Positions 9,321-19,413 of a stretch of 64,000 bases of DNA are shown piece after piece. The translations under genes were made by a program, and so were the position numbers. The DNA is from an uncultured Candidatus Melainabacteria bacterium (GTDB lineage: Bacteria > Cyanobacteriota > Vampirovibrionia > Gastranaerophilales > Gastranaerophilaceae). The notes below the pieces were generated by a model that saw nothing but the letters and a program-made list of their open reading frames with translations, was not told where the DNA came from and ran no database searches. Within the stretch, counting starts at the first letter, position 1. The number at the start of each line of letters is the position of its first letter. The stretch is from NCBI GenBank assembly GCA_932182025.1, contig CAKNXK010000010.1:60245-124244 (forward strand), written 5' to 3'.

Positions 9321-11073
9321 TCGGAGTCTCATTTGTTCCTTCATTTACCCCCGCCTTCTTTTTGGTTGTACGGGTTTTCTTTTGAGTACCTCTGTTAGGT
9401 CTGCGTCCGCGGGTTGTCTTCTTTGGTTTTTCTTCCACTTCGGTTTCAACTGCAGGCGCTTCTGCTGCAGAAGACTCTACATCTGCAGGAGTTTCAGGTT
9501 TTACTTCTGCATCCTTGGCAATTACAGGTTCAATTTCAGCACCTTCTGTTAGAACTGTTTGAGCCAAGTTTTCATCTGAAACCTCTTGTTTAACTTTGCG
9601 TTTATCAAAACGAGGTTTTCTTGAATTTTTCTTTTTAGTTTCTTTTTCTTGTTGAACTTCCTGAACCTCAGCTTGAGCTTCTACAGAAGGATTGGTTACT
9701 TCTTCAAGTTTTTCTTCCTGAACAATTGGTGTTTCTTTAACTTCTGTTTCAGGTTTATTATTGAATTTGTTGAATTTATTTTTCTTATTACCCATTGGAA
9801 GTTTCAATTTAGCAGCTTTTGCTCTATATTCACCTTCTGATGTAGCAGAAGCAAACTTAATATCTTCCATAATATAACCATTACCTTGGCAGTGCGGACA
9901 ACGTTTAGCAAAGATTTCGCTAATAGCTTGACCTTGTCTGTGGCGTGTCATTTCAACAAGACCTAAATCAGAAAGCTGACCAACTTGAGGTTTAGCCTTA
10001 TCAGCTTCCATAGCAAGTTCAAGTTCTTCCATCATAGTTAGTTTATCAACACGTGAATTCATATCAATAAAGTCGATAATAATCATACCGCCAATATTAC
10101 GAAGTCTTAGCTGGCGTGCTATCTCATGAACCGCTTCAATATTGGTTTTAAGAATTGTTTCATCTTGAGTAGCAGAGTTTGTAAACTTACCGCTGTTAAC
10201 GTCAATAACTGTCAACGCTTCTGTTGTTTGGATAAATAAATAACCGCCTGATGGAAGATTAACCTTCATTGACAAAGCTGCTTTAATTTCTTTATGAATA
10301 TCCATTGCAACTAAAAGAGGTTCAGAACCCTTGTATAAAGTTACATTGATATTCTTGTTCATATGCCAGTTTTGCAAAATATTTTGAACACGGCTTAGAG
10401 CAAAACCTGTATCTACAACTATTTCCTGAGTATTTTCATTACAGCATTCACGAATAACTCTGTATAGCAAATCTTGATCTCTATAAAGAAGATTTGGAGG
10501 AGTTAAGCTTTCAGCAGAAGTAATGATATTATTCCATTTTTCCAAAAGGATTTCTAAATCTTCTTGAATATCAGCTTCTGTCTGACCTTCTGCTTCTGTT
10601 CTAACAATAATACCAACACCGACAGGTTTAAGAAGATTCACAACGGATTTTAATCTTGCTCTTTCTTTAGCAGAAGTGATTTTTTTACTTACGTTAATTC
10701 CTGTCTCGTTCGGCATTAAAACCAAAAATCTTCCGGGAAGTGAAATTTCAGTTGTTACACGGGGACCTTTGTGTCCAACAGGTTCTTTAACTACCTGAAC
10801 AACTATTTTTTGTTTTGGTTTAACTTTGTCTTGCAAAGCACCTTTACCAGGGATATCCTGTGCGTGTAAAAATCCCATTTTGTCTGAACCTACGTTCACG
10901 AAAGCTGCTTCAATACTTGGTAAAATATTTTCAACTTGTGCTAAATAAACATCTCCAAGGATAATTTCACCTCTGTGCACATAAAACTCGGCAACTTTTC
11001 CATTTTCTACAACCGCAGCAATATTATCGCGCTCAGCTATAATAATCTTGTTAGCGACATTTGTTTCTTTCAT
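9310..11073 (-). CDS. rne: Ribonuclease E/G family endoribonuclease
   Basis: N-terminal S1 domain and catalytic core (GGMIIIDFIDM, CPHCQGNGY zinc link). Lys/Glu/Arg-rich C-terminal tail with TTRGRRPNRG. Confidence 0.9.
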   Translation of the reverse strand: MKETNVANKIIIAERDNIAAVVENGKVAEFYVHRGEIILGDVYLAQVENILPSIEAAFVNVGSDKMGFLHAQDIPGKGALQDKVKPKQKIVVQVVKEPVGHKGPRVTTEISLPGRFLVLMPNETGINVSKKITSAKERARLKSVVNLLKPVGVGIIVRTEAEGQTEADIQEDLEILLEKWNNIITSAESLTPPNLLYRDQDLLYRVIRECCNENTQEIVVDTGFALSRVQNILQNWHMNKNINVTLYKGSEPLLVAMDIHKEIKAALSMKVNLPSGGYLFIQTTEALTVIDVNSGKFTNSATQDETILKTNIEAVHEIARQLRLRNIGGMIIIDFIDMNSRVDKLTMMEELELAMEADKAKPQVGQLSDLGLVEMTRHRQGQAISEIFAKRCPHCQGNGYIMEDIKFASATSEGEYRAKAAKLKLPMGNKKNKFNKFNNKPETEVKETPIVQEEKLEEVTNPSVEAQAEVQEVQQEKETKKKNSRKPRFDKRKVKQEVSDENLAQTVLTEGAEIEPVIAKDAEVKPETPADVESSAAEAPAVETEVEEKPKKTTRGRRPNRGTQKKTRTTKKKAGVNEGTNETPNEE

Positions 11074-11087
11074 CTCTAAATCCTTTA

Positions 11088-13622
11088 CTATAATTCTCTT
11101 AACTTTTCGTCAAGGAAACGGAGTCTTGTGATATTGAATAATCTCTTATTATCGACAAGTTCCATCAAGCTATCTGCTCTAAGCGCAGGTATCTCAGAAC
11201 CTTGACCGGTTTTAAGATGTATGAACAGACTATTTTCTTCAAACCTATAACTACCGATAGATTTCTTAAAATCTGTTGTTTTTTCTAAACCTTTTTTGTT
11301 TTTCTTCGTGATTAAAACCTCATCAGAAGATAAAACTCTCTCTACATCATACCTAAATTTTTCAAAATTGTAAAGAGATTTTTCATCTGATTTGAAATAA
11401 GGCTCAATCTTATATTCTGACCACTGTGCTTCGATTTCAACTGCCGTACAGTAACGCTCAACGGGAGTTACTGAAACAATTTCGGCGCCTTCAGGCAAAT
11501 TCGGATTGATAATATCTTTGAGTTCTTGCTCAGTTAAGTTATCCAAAATCTCAATATCAATCAATTCACCATTGCTTTCAGCAAATAAAGGCAGTGCAAT
11601 GCCCATTGAAACCTTCATTGTTGGATTATAACCGAGCGTGTAAGACATATTTAAACCTGTTCTTGCCAAAACCTTATGGAAAGTATTCTGCCAATCAAGA
11701 TGAGAGAAATACTTCAACAAGCCTTTTTTAGTGACCTTTAAACGCCATCTGTAAACCGCAATATTCGGATCTGGATGCACTGTTCTCGGATCAGCCTGTT
11801 CAATTGTAACTATTTTTTGTCCTTCTTCTGATGCAATATAAGGTTTTGCCATTACTTTATGCGTCTTTAAATTAGGACAAACCCCGCATTGAACACATTT
11901 GTTCTCGCAAGTTGGCTGGTGATTAAACTCGCAGCCTTGTGCAAAAGCTTGTTTATATTCATTTTGAAGCCATTCTTTATTAATCCCGATATTAATGAAA
12001 TCCCAAGGCAAAGATGAATGTAAATCAAACTGGCGCATAGCAAGCTCTTCAAGTGAGAACCCACATTCTTCAGCCGTTTCTTTCCAAACATTTTTATCAA
12101 AATACTCGCCCCACGCATCAAGATAGCAGCCTTTTTTATAAAGTGACTCGATATATTTGCAAAGACTGGCATCTCCGCGAGTTAATACAGCTTCAATTTG
12201 AGAAACAAATTTTTCGTGATAATTAATTTTTAGACCTTTAATGTGTTTTGTTTTGTCTTTTAAATAATTAATATGCGCAGTAACTTCATCCAAATCCATT
12301 TGAGGACACCACTGGAATGGCGTAAAAGGTTTTGGCACAAAAATTGAAAGCGTACAAGTAATTTCAAAACCGTGACTTAGACCTTTTTCTCGCTTAAGGA
12401 GTTTTGCACGGTATTTAATTTTGTTAAGAAGCTCTGCCATCTCATCCATGTCTTTAATGGTTTCGGTCGGCAATCCGCAAATAAAATAAAACTTGAGCTT
12501 TGACCAGCCGTTTTCGTAAAGAGTCAAAGCTGCATTAATAATTTGTTCTTCTGAAATATTTTTCTTAATAACATTACGCAAACGCTGACTTCCTGCTTCC
12601 GGTGCAAGTGTCATACCGGATTTACGAACTGATTGAACAAGATTTGCAAGTTCAAGATTAAACCCGTCAATACGCTGACTTGGAAGCGATACAGAGATTT
12701 TGCGCTTATTAAAATCAACCGCTAATTCTTTTATAACTTCACGAATGTTTGAATAATCGTTTGAAGATAATGAAAGTAAAGAATACTCATCATAGCCTGT
12801 GTTATTAACAAGTTCTTTTGTAATCTTGATAATATCTTCTGCTGAACGCTCCCGAACAGGCAACGTTACGTGTCCGGGCTGACAAAAACGGCACATACGA
12901 CCGCAGCCGCGGCGAATTTCTACAATTGCTCTATCGTGTACAGAGCTTGAAAACGGTATAGGATAAGAAGTTGAAGCATATTCTAAAGTCAATGGCGCAA
13001 GACGTTTCTCCACATCATCGCCAACTTGTTGCGACCAGCATCCTTTAATTTTTGCTAATTCTTCAATTCGTTGTTTTCTTGGAAGCCCCTTTGTTTTTTC
13101 TAAGACTTCACAAACTTCAACCATCATTTCTTCACCGTCACCAATACAGAAAACATCAATAAATTCTGCCATTGGTAAAGGGTTAAATGCACAAGGCCCA
13201 CCTGCTAAAACAATTGGCTCATCGTCCTGTCTTTCATCATTTTTTATATTTACCCCGGACATCTCCAGCATTTTTAAAACTGTAGGATAAGACAATTCAT
13301 ACTGCAAAGAGAACCCAATTCCGTCAAAATCACACAATGCTCGTTTTGACTCAACTCCATATAACGCTTCCGGTTTAAAATCAGCTTCAGGAGCATAAGC
13401 CCTATCCGCCATAAAGCGCTCAACACTATTTACTCGGTCATAAATTATTCTTACACCAAGATTACTTATCCCGATTTCGTATTTATCAGGGAAAACAAAT
13501 GCAAATCTTACAGATGCCTTATCAAAATCCTTATTTCTGGCTAAAAATTCACCGCCCACATATTGATAAGGTTTTGTCGCATTATATAAAGCTTCGTGCT
13601 GATCTCTGAAAAAACAATTCAT
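11088..13622 (-). CDS. B12-binding-domain radical SAM protein fused to a DUF2344-like domain
   Basis: Radical SAM motif RGCGRMCRFCQPG, an N-terminal B12-binding-like region and a C-terminal 'radical SAM-linked' module. Start placed at the Met of MNCFFRDQ, preceded by AAGGAGAAG. Confidence 0.85.
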   Translation of the reverse strand: MNCFFRDQHEALYNATKPYQYVGGEFLARNKDFDKASVRFAFVFPDKYEIGISNLGVRIIYDRVNSVERFMADRAYAPEADFKPEALYGVESKRALCDFDGIGFSLQYELSYPTVLKMLEMSGVNIKNDERQDDEPIVLAGGPCAFNPLPMAEFIDVFCIGDGEEMMVEVCEVLEKTKGLPRKQRIEELAKIKGCWSQQVGDDVEKRLAPLTLEYASTSYPIPFSSSVHDRAIVEIRRGCGRMCRFCQPGHVTLPVRERSAEDIIKITKELVNNTGYDEYSLLSLSSNDYSNIREVIKELAVDFNKRKISVSLPSQRIDGFNLELANLVQSVRKSGMTLAPEAGSQRLRNVIKKNISEEQIINAALTLYENGWSKLKFYFICGLPTETIKDMDEMAELLNKIKYRAKLLKREKGLSHGFEITCTLSIFVPKPFTPFQWCPQMDLDEVTAHINYLKDKTKHIKGLKINYHEKFVSQIEAVLTRGDASLCKYIESLYKKGCYLDAWGEYFDKNVWKETAEECGFSLEELAMRQFDLHSSLPWDFINIGINKEWLQNEYKQAFAQGCEFNHQPTCENKCVQCGVCPNLKTHKVMAKPYIASEEGQKIVTIEQADPRTVHPDPNIAVYRWRLKVTKKGLLKYFSHLDWQNTFHKVLARTGLNMSYTLGYNPTMKVSMGIALPLFAESNGELIDIEILDNLTEQELKDIINPNLPEGAEIVSVTPVERYCTAVEIEAQWSEYKIEPYFKSDEKSLYNFEKFRYDVERVLSSDEVLITKKNKKGLEKTTDFKKSIGSYRFEENSLFIHLKTGQGSEIPALRADSLMELVDNKRLFNITRLRFLDEKLREL

Positions 13623-14008
13623 AACTTCTCCTTGCTTATTATTAATTTTACCAAAAACAAATTGTAACAAATTGTTAATTTTTAAAACCTAAACTAGCAA
13701 AAATTTTTTTGCCCAAGTTTTTTAATATATATATAAAGCTCTCTCTTCTTATTTAAACGGACAGGCCTTGGTTACAATACTCAAGGTCTTTTTTTTGTAC
13801 TACGCAAGTAGACATCTGGGCGTAGCACATAAATTAAGACTACAAGCTGGTATAAAATGACTACAAGTGCTCCTTTTGAACAAGCTATCGACTTAAATAA
13901 GCGCAAAAAATTTCAACCATACGTATGATGGGCGTCATGGCTTCATGCTGTATAGTGTTAGAGGTACTAAGTATATCTGTATACTTAGGGGAGACGAGGT
14001 AAGGTAAA

Positions 14009-14452
14009 TTGAAAAAATTCAAGTTTCGATTACAGATCGTGCTTGATATGCGCGAAAACGAACTTGAACAACGCCGTATTGAAGCGGCAAAGATACTTAC
14101 TGTTTTAAAACAGCAGGAAGAGAAATTAAACAATATTATCCAATCGCAGCACCAAAACTCCGCACAAATGGAAAGTCTCTATATGCTTGATACATTAAAC
14201 ATTCAGCAAATCGAAGGGCATAGAGATTTCGGGCTAAAACTTACTGTTGACGAAAAAAATCAAGAAAGACTAATCGCTAATACAAAAGCAATATTAGAAA
14301 GAAAACAAGTCGAAGTAAGAGAAGCTCACAAGAAGGTAGAAGTGCTAAAAAAACTTAAAGAAAAACAAGAACAAGAATATTACAAAGAGTTTTTAAACGC
14401 AGAAACCAAAGAATTAGACGATATTACATCAGCAAGGTTTAATCTAAGATGA
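14009..14452 (+). CDS. fliJ: Flagellar export chaperone FliJ
   Basis: 147-aa coiled-coil protein starting MKKFKFRLQIVLDMRENELEQ (TTG start), immediately upstream of fliK-flgD-flgE. Confidence 0.7.
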   Translation: MKKFKFRLQIVLDMRENELEQRRIEAAKILTVLKQQEEKLNNIIQSQHQNSAQMESLYMLDTLNIQQIEGHRDFGLKLTVDEKNQERLIANTKAILERKQVEVREAHKKVEVLKKLKEKQEQEYYKEFLNAETKELDDITSARFNLR

Positions 14453-15408
14453 CAATTGCAGCAGCAGTAATGAATACTATAGACAACATAGAAACAATGC
14501 TCACCCCAGTAAGCAGTGAGATTTCTGATACAGATTTTGCTGTAATCTTAGATGAAGCTATTTGCGAAGCAAATGTAACAACATCATTAGATTTAACTCT
14601 TTCAAAAGATATTACCCAAGATTCTGGAGAAGAAGAAGAAATAGGTGAAAATAACATTATACTGTTCGCTCAAGCTCTTGAAACTGTGAATCAAAATATT
14701 ACAACCACAGAACCTGAAGTTCAAATCGAAACTCCCGAAATAACAGAGACAAGTCCAGAAGTTGAAACAGCTGCAAAACAGGATACAAATACAGAGATTC
14801 AAGAATCAGAGCTTAGTGAAGATATGCTAAGTGAACTTAATATTGAATCTGTGGAAGCTGAAACAGATACTTCCAGCGATAATTCTTCTTTATTAAACAA
14901 ACAATCAGCAGAAGAACACGGAATAAAAATTGCGCTTAATCACGACGGGGTAAATGAAATTAGAACATTTGATGTAAAAACTTCTCAAACAACTGTAAAA
15001 CCGACAGAAATCACTCCAAGCAAGATTATTGAACAGGTTACAAAGCATCTTGAAACATTACAAAATACTTCTAAAGTAGATATTGTGCTTAATCCGGAAA
15101 CATTAGGTAAAATTACAATTCAGCTTGTTAAATCACCGGAAGGATTATCAGCACAATTCACAACAGCAACTCAAGAAGCTAAAAACATCTTGATGAAAGG
15201 TTTAGATGGACTAAAAGAAACACTTACAGCTCACGGAGTCGGAGTGGATAATGTTTCAGTAAAAGTAAATGATACACAAAAAAGTGAATATAACGCAGAT
15301 TGGACAGAACAAGACGGTTCAAGAGGCGGTAACAAAGAGCAAAATCGTCAAAATAGGGAAGAAAAAGAAAAGGGATTGTTTGAAAAAACAATGGAGGAAA
15401 CAAAATGA
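14449..15408 (+). CDS. fliK: Flagellar hook-length control protein FliK
   Basis: Acidic, low-complexity N-terminal half. The C-terminal Flg_hook-like domain reads VDIVLNPETLGKITIQLVKSPEGLSAQFTTATQEAKNIL. ATGA overlap with fliJ. Confidence 0.75.
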   Translation: MTIAAAVMNTIDNIETMLTPVSSEISDTDFAVILDEAICEANVTTSLDLTLSKDITQDSGEEEEIGENNIILFAQALETVNQNITTTEPEVQIETPEITETSPEVETAAKQDTNTEIQESELSEDMLSELNIESVEAETDTSSDNSSLLNKQSAEEHGIKIALNHDGVNEIRTFDVKTSQTTVKPTEITPSKIIEQVTKHLETLQNTSKVDIVLNPETLGKITIQLVKSPEGLSAQFTTATQEAKNILMKGLDGLKETLTAHGVGVDNVSVKVNDTQKSEYNADWTEQDGSRGGNKEQNRQNREEKEKGLFEKTMEETK

Positions 15409-15947
15409 CATCAGTAAATACACAAATTACAGAAATGCAGAACCAAACAACTGCAAACAATCTTGCAACACAGAAACGAAATCCAAGTACAAAAACTGAT
15501 GATAAAAATATGTTTTTGAACCTCATGTTGCAGCAGCTTCAAAATCAAGACCCGACTGAACCTACAAGCAACACTGAGTGGTTAGCTCAATTAGCTCAAT
15601 ACTCTTCATTAGAACAAATGACTTCAATGAACGAAGGCTTGGAAAACTGTATGAATTACATTGCAGCTCTTTATAATGATATGGGTATGAGTTCAGAAAT
15701 CAATCAAACTCTTTCAATGATAGGAAAAGACGTTACATTAAAAATTCCTGATGAAAAAGATAAAACAAAATATACAACCGTTAGAGGTGTCGTATCTGAA
15801 GCAACTTTTGAAGATGGCAGCGGCAAAATCAAAATCGGAGATAAAACATACTCTATTGCTAATGTAATCTCTATTAGAGAATCAGATGGTTCAATTAAAG
15901 ATCCTATTATAGAAGAACATACCGAAACATCATCAAATAAAAAATAA
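15405..15947 (+). CDS. flgD: Flagellar hook capping/assembly protein FlgD
   Basis: MFLNLMLQQLQNQDPTEPTSNTEWLAQLAQYSSLEQ signature. Confidence 0.9.
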   Translation: MTSVNTQITEMQNQTTANNLATQKRNPSTKTDDKNMFLNLMLQQLQNQDPTEPTSNTEWLAQLAQYSSLEQMTSMNEGLENCMNYIAALYNDMGMSSEINQTLSMIGKDVTLKIPDEKDKTKYTTVRGVVSEATFEDGSGKIKIGDKTYSIANVISIRESDGSIKDPIIEEHTETSSNKK

Positions 15948-15968
15948 ACAGACTAATTGGAGGAATAA

Positions 15969-17291
15969 ATGTCACAAGCTCTACACACAGCTAGTACCGG
16001 TATAAATGCCGGACAATCCCAAATCAACGTTATCGCAAACAACGTTGCAAATATTAACACAACTGCATACAAATCCGCAAATATGGTTTTTGAAACTCTT
16101 TATTCAAATAACCTGTCTTACGGTAGCGCTGCTACTAAAAATGGCGGAGGTACAAACCCTAAACAAATCGGTTTAGGTGTTAAAATTGGCGGCATAACAA
16201 GAAACTTCACCCCTGGTAATTTCGTATCAACCGGACGCGATATGGATTGTATGATTTCAGGAACAGGCTTCTTTGTAGTACAAGATGCCAGCGGAAAACA
16301 ATATTTTACACGTGATGGAGTATTCAATGTTGATTCTGACGGTAATCTTGTAACACAAGCCGGATTAAAAGTTGTTGGTGCAAAGAGTGCATACTCTAAC
16401 GCAGGTTCAAGCCAAACTGTTAAAATACCTAAAAACTTATACAGAGTTGTCCAAGGCGACCCTGATATTAATACAAAAACACTTGCAGAATTAAATAATG
16501 CAAGTATTACATCTGGTATTGTAAAAGCAAGAGTTACAGATAATAACGGAAATATTCATGATGTAACTCTTAATGTTCCTAGCAAAGATGCAACAGTTGC
16601 AGATTTAATCGCAAGCTTCAATGCATCATTAAACGGAACAGATGCGTCATTCTCTGCTGCTAACGGACAAATTACATACAGCGGTAATATTGAATTTCTT
16701 TCAGATGGAACAACAAGTAACTTCCTTGGTGAAACAGGACTTTCTGCTAACAACAATACATCAGAAGAAATCTCACAAATTGTAAAATTACAAGATGTAA
16801 TTAATTATAATGACAAAAATGCTATTTCCAGCGCTTCTACTTCAATTGATGAAAACGGTGTTTTAGTTGTAACATATAATGATGGTTCAATTCTCACTCA
16901 ATTTATTGATGAAGCTGAAACAGTACAATGGAAATATATCACTCCAGAAGGTGTTACAATAACAGGCGATGATGTTTTAAGAGAAAGCACAAGCTTAAGG
17001 GAAGATGCAAATTTTGTAATTGAACTTGCAACAATGGTAAACCCTGAAGGGTTAGTATCATTAAACAACAACCTTTGGGAATGGGGTCCTGATGTTGGAG
17101 ATATCTTCTATGGTGTAGCAGGTGAAATGGCATTCGGTGCAATTGAGCCGTGCGGTTACGAAGGTTCTAATGTTGACATTGCAACAGAATTATCAAATAT
17201 GATTATGGCTCAACGTATGATTCAGATGAACTCACGCGTATTCGGAACTGCAAGTTCAGTAATGGAAACATTATCATACCTTGGACAGTAA
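15969..17291 (+). CDS. flgE: Flagellar hook protein FlgE
   Basis: N-terminal flagellar basal-body rod motif (INVIANNVANINTTAYK) and C-terminal ELSNMIMAQRMIQMNSRVFGTASSVMETL. Confidence 0.9.
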   Translation: MSQALHTASTGINAGQSQINVIANNVANINTTAYKSANMVFETLYSNNLSYGSAATKNGGGTNPKQIGLGVKIGGITRNFTPGNFVSTGRDMDCMISGTGFFVVQDASGKQYFTRDGVFNVDSDGNLVTQAGLKVVGAKSAYSNAGSSQTVKIPKNLYRVVQGDPDINTKTLAELNNASITSGIVKARVTDNNGNIHDVTLNVPSKDATVADLIASFNASLNGTDASFSAANGQITYSGNIEFLSDGTTSNFLGETGLSANNNTSEEISQIVKLQDVINYNDKNAISSASTSIDENGVLVVTYNDGSILTQFIDEAETVQWKYITPEGVTITGDDVLRESTSLREDANFVIELATMVNPEGLVSLNNNLWEWGPDVGDIFYGVAGEMAFGAIEPCGYEGSNVDIATELSNMIMAQRMIQMNSRVFGTASSVMETLSYLGQ

Positions 17292-17501
17292 GTTCTGCAT
17301 AGATGATTAATTTCTCGGTTTAATCGAGGGCATGCTCATTAATTTAAAAAAGCATGCCAAAAACACAAAAAATCATGTCAAGTTCTTAACAAAACCCATG
17401 AACTTTACAAAACTTAATAATTTGAACATGGTCGAAATCCATGTGAATCATGGGTTTCAGCATGTTCGGCAAATTCGGAAAAGTTGTTACATACAGGGGA
17501 C

Positions 17502-17531
17502 TTGAACAGGGCATGATAAGTAGTATATAAT
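17502..17531 (+). promoter_or_regulatory. Sigma70-type promoter candidate for yggS-sepF
   Basis: TTGAAC, 18-nt spacer, TATAAT, lying 20 nt upstream of the yggS ATG. Confidence 0.4.
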
Positions 17532-17550
17532 ACAATAGAGGTCGAGGGGA

Positions 17551-18279
17551 ATGTCTCACATTAGCGAGAACAATCACAAAACAGAAAATAGCCATTGGGG
17601 TGTAGATGTTTTAGTTGATAAAGCTGTCGTTAGAGCCAATCTTATCGATATCGAAAACAAAATTGCACCTTTAAAACCAAGAATAATTGGAGTCACAAAG
17701 TACTTCGGATTAAAAGCCATTGAAGAAGGTTATGAAGCAGGACTTAGAGACTTCGCTGAATCAAGAGCATTGGAAGCAATTGAGAAAATCAAATCGCTGC
17801 CGGCTCAAATTCGTGAAAACTCAAATTTCCATTTTATAGGTCATCTTCAAACGAACAAAGCAGAGAAAGTTGTCGAACATTTTGACTACATTCATTCACT
17901 TGATTCGTTAAAACTGGCAAAAGCCATCTCCAAAGCAGCCTGTCTGATGAATAAGAGAGAGAAAGTTTTATTACAGGTTAACAATGCACAAGAGGAGCAG
18001 AAATTCGGATACACAAAAGAACAACTCAAAAATGATTTAAATGAAATATTAAACCTTAAAGGACTTGAAATTACAGGTTTAATGAACATGGCAACATTAG
18101 GAGCTTCGGACAATCGATTAAGAGAACTGTTCAGTGACTTAAGAAAGTTTAGAGATGAGCTTGAACAAGAGTTTCAAATAAAACTCCCTGAACTCTCAAT
18201 GGGCATGAGCAATGATTATCAAATCGCTGTTCAAGAAGGCGCAACAATGATTAGAATTGGAAGAAAGTTATTTAATTAA
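17551..18279 (+). CDS. yggS: YggS-family pyridoxal-phosphate homeostasis protein
   Basis: IIGVTKYF (PLP lysine), HFIGHLQTNK, and ELSMGMSNDY...GATMIRIGRKLF. Confidence 0.9.
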   Translation: MSHISENNHKTENSHWGVDVLVDKAVVRANLIDIENKIAPLKPRIIGVTKYFGLKAIEEGYEAGLRDFAESRALEAIEKIKSLPAQIRENSNFHFIGHLQTNKAEKVVEHFDYIHSLDSLKLAKAISKAACLMNKREKVLLQVNNAQEEQKFGYTKEQLKNDLNEILNLKGLEITGLMNMATLGASDNRLRELFSDLRKFRDELEQEFQIKLPELSMGMSNDYQIAVQEGATMIRIGRKLFN

Positions 18280-18296
18280 TAAAAATTGGAGGAAAG

Positions 18297-18815
18297 ATGG
18301 CACTATCAGATGGCTTAAAAAATTTTGTAAACATTATCACTAAAGGATTCAGCGACGGAAACGAAGATGATGCATTCGATTTTGATAATGGCATGGATGA
18401 TTACAACAACGATGTTGACGGAACATTAGCACTAGATACTATGTACGGTACAAGAGTTAAGCCTAGTATGCCTGAACGTTCTTTTGAAAGAGAGTCAAAA
18501 GTAGTAAGCCATCCAAATAACTATAAATCAGGTGAAGTTACCGTTATTGAGCCACGTTCATTCAGTGAAGCTGCTCAAATTGTTAAAAAATTAATTGACA
18601 AGAAAACTGTTATTCTTCATCTTGACTTACTAGACAAAGAACAATCTCAAAGAACAATCGACTTTGTTTGCGGTGCAGCTCACGCTTTAAGCGGAACAGC
18701 ACAAAAAATTAGCGATATGGTTTTCATTTTCACTCCAAGCAATGTTTCACTTTCTATTGAAAACGGTGCTGTTCAAAGCAAATTCGCTGAATCTCTTTGG
18801 AACAAACCTCTATAA
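18297..18815 (+). CDS. sepF: Cell division protein SepF
   Basis: C-terminal core VIEPRSFSEAAQIVKKLIDKKTVILHLDLLDKEQSQRTIDFVCGAAHALSG. It lies directly downstream of yggS, the arrangement I recall for cyanobacteria and Gram-positive bacteria. Confidence 0.9.
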   Translation: MALSDGLKNFVNIITKGFSDGNEDDAFDFDNGMDDYNNDVDGTLALDTMYGTRVKPSMPERSFERESKVVSHPNNYKSGEVTVIEPRSFSEAAQIVKKLIDKKTVILHLDLLDKEQSQRTIDFVCGAAHALSGTAQKISDMVFIFTPSNVSLSIENGAVQSKFAESLWNKPL

Positions 18816-18918
18816 GAGGGGTAAATGTAGATTGGCTAATTAATTAAGACTACAAGCCAAATATTTTGGGAAAGATAAATTTTAATTTAATATATTGATT
18901 TGTGATAGTTGGATTTTC

Positions 18919-18944
18919 AGGATGCATTAATTGCATCCTTTTTA
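18919..18944 (+). terminator. Rho-independent terminator after sepF
   Basis: Stem aggatgca/tgcatcct followed by a T-run. Confidence 0.65.
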
Positions 18945-18949
18945 TTATT

Positions 18950-18988
18950 TAAAAAGGGGTTTGAATAACTTGAGTTATTCAAACCCCT
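18950..18988 (-). terminator. Terminator for the converging membrane-protein gene
   Basis: Perfect 15-bp stem aggggtttgaataac/gttattcaaacccct with a 4-nt loop. A U-run follows on the minus-strand transcript. Confidence 0.65.
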
Positions 18989-18994
18989 TTCAAA

Positions 18995-19393
18995 TTATTT
19001 ATTAAGAGCTCCTGAAGAAAGAGCTACTGCGCCAATTATAGCGAATAACGCAACTGATAATATTATACCTAATATAAATAAAACGATACCCCAGATAGCC
19101 CAAGTTTTTTGTACACTATGGAAATGCTCAAGGCTATCCCATTGTTTATTCTGCCAAGCCCACTCATTACCTTTGATACCAAACCATATCATCATTGCAA
19201 ACGGAACAAGCATTCCAACAAAAGGAATAATACCTGCAAAACCGGAAACAAAAATTAATAACGTAATATAAGATTTATTTCCTAAACCCCAAATCCAGTT
19301 TAAGAAACATGCACCCCAGTTAAATCCTATTAGAACTTCAGCCGGTGCAGCTGATTGAGGACCTTGCCCTGAATTGTTCACAAATTCTGTCAT
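18995..19393 (-). CDS. Small multi-TM protein (DUF2628-like)
   Basis: Motifs FNWGACFLNWIWGLGNKSY and GIKGNEWAWQNKQWDS. The same module is repeated in the upstream neighbour. Confidence 0.6.
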   Translation of the reverse strand: MTEFVNNSGQGPQSAAPAEVLIGFNWGACFLNWIWGLGNKSYITLLIFVSGFAGIIPFVGMLVPFAMMIWFGIKGNEWAWQNKQWDSLEHFHSVQKTWAIWGIVLFILGIILSVALFAIIGAVALSSGALNK

Positions 19394-19413
19394 AAAACAT
19401 TTTTCCTTTCTTC

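Noticed and set aside
13832-13847. The 16-nt exact repeat aattaagactacaagc is shared between the fliJ upstream region (13832-13847) and the sepF downstream region (18842-18857). A related gactacaag lies at about 13861.
   Set aside because: A single 16-mer coincidence is not clearly beyond chance in an AT-rich 64-kb window. The flanks do not align, and I found no consistent position relative to genes.
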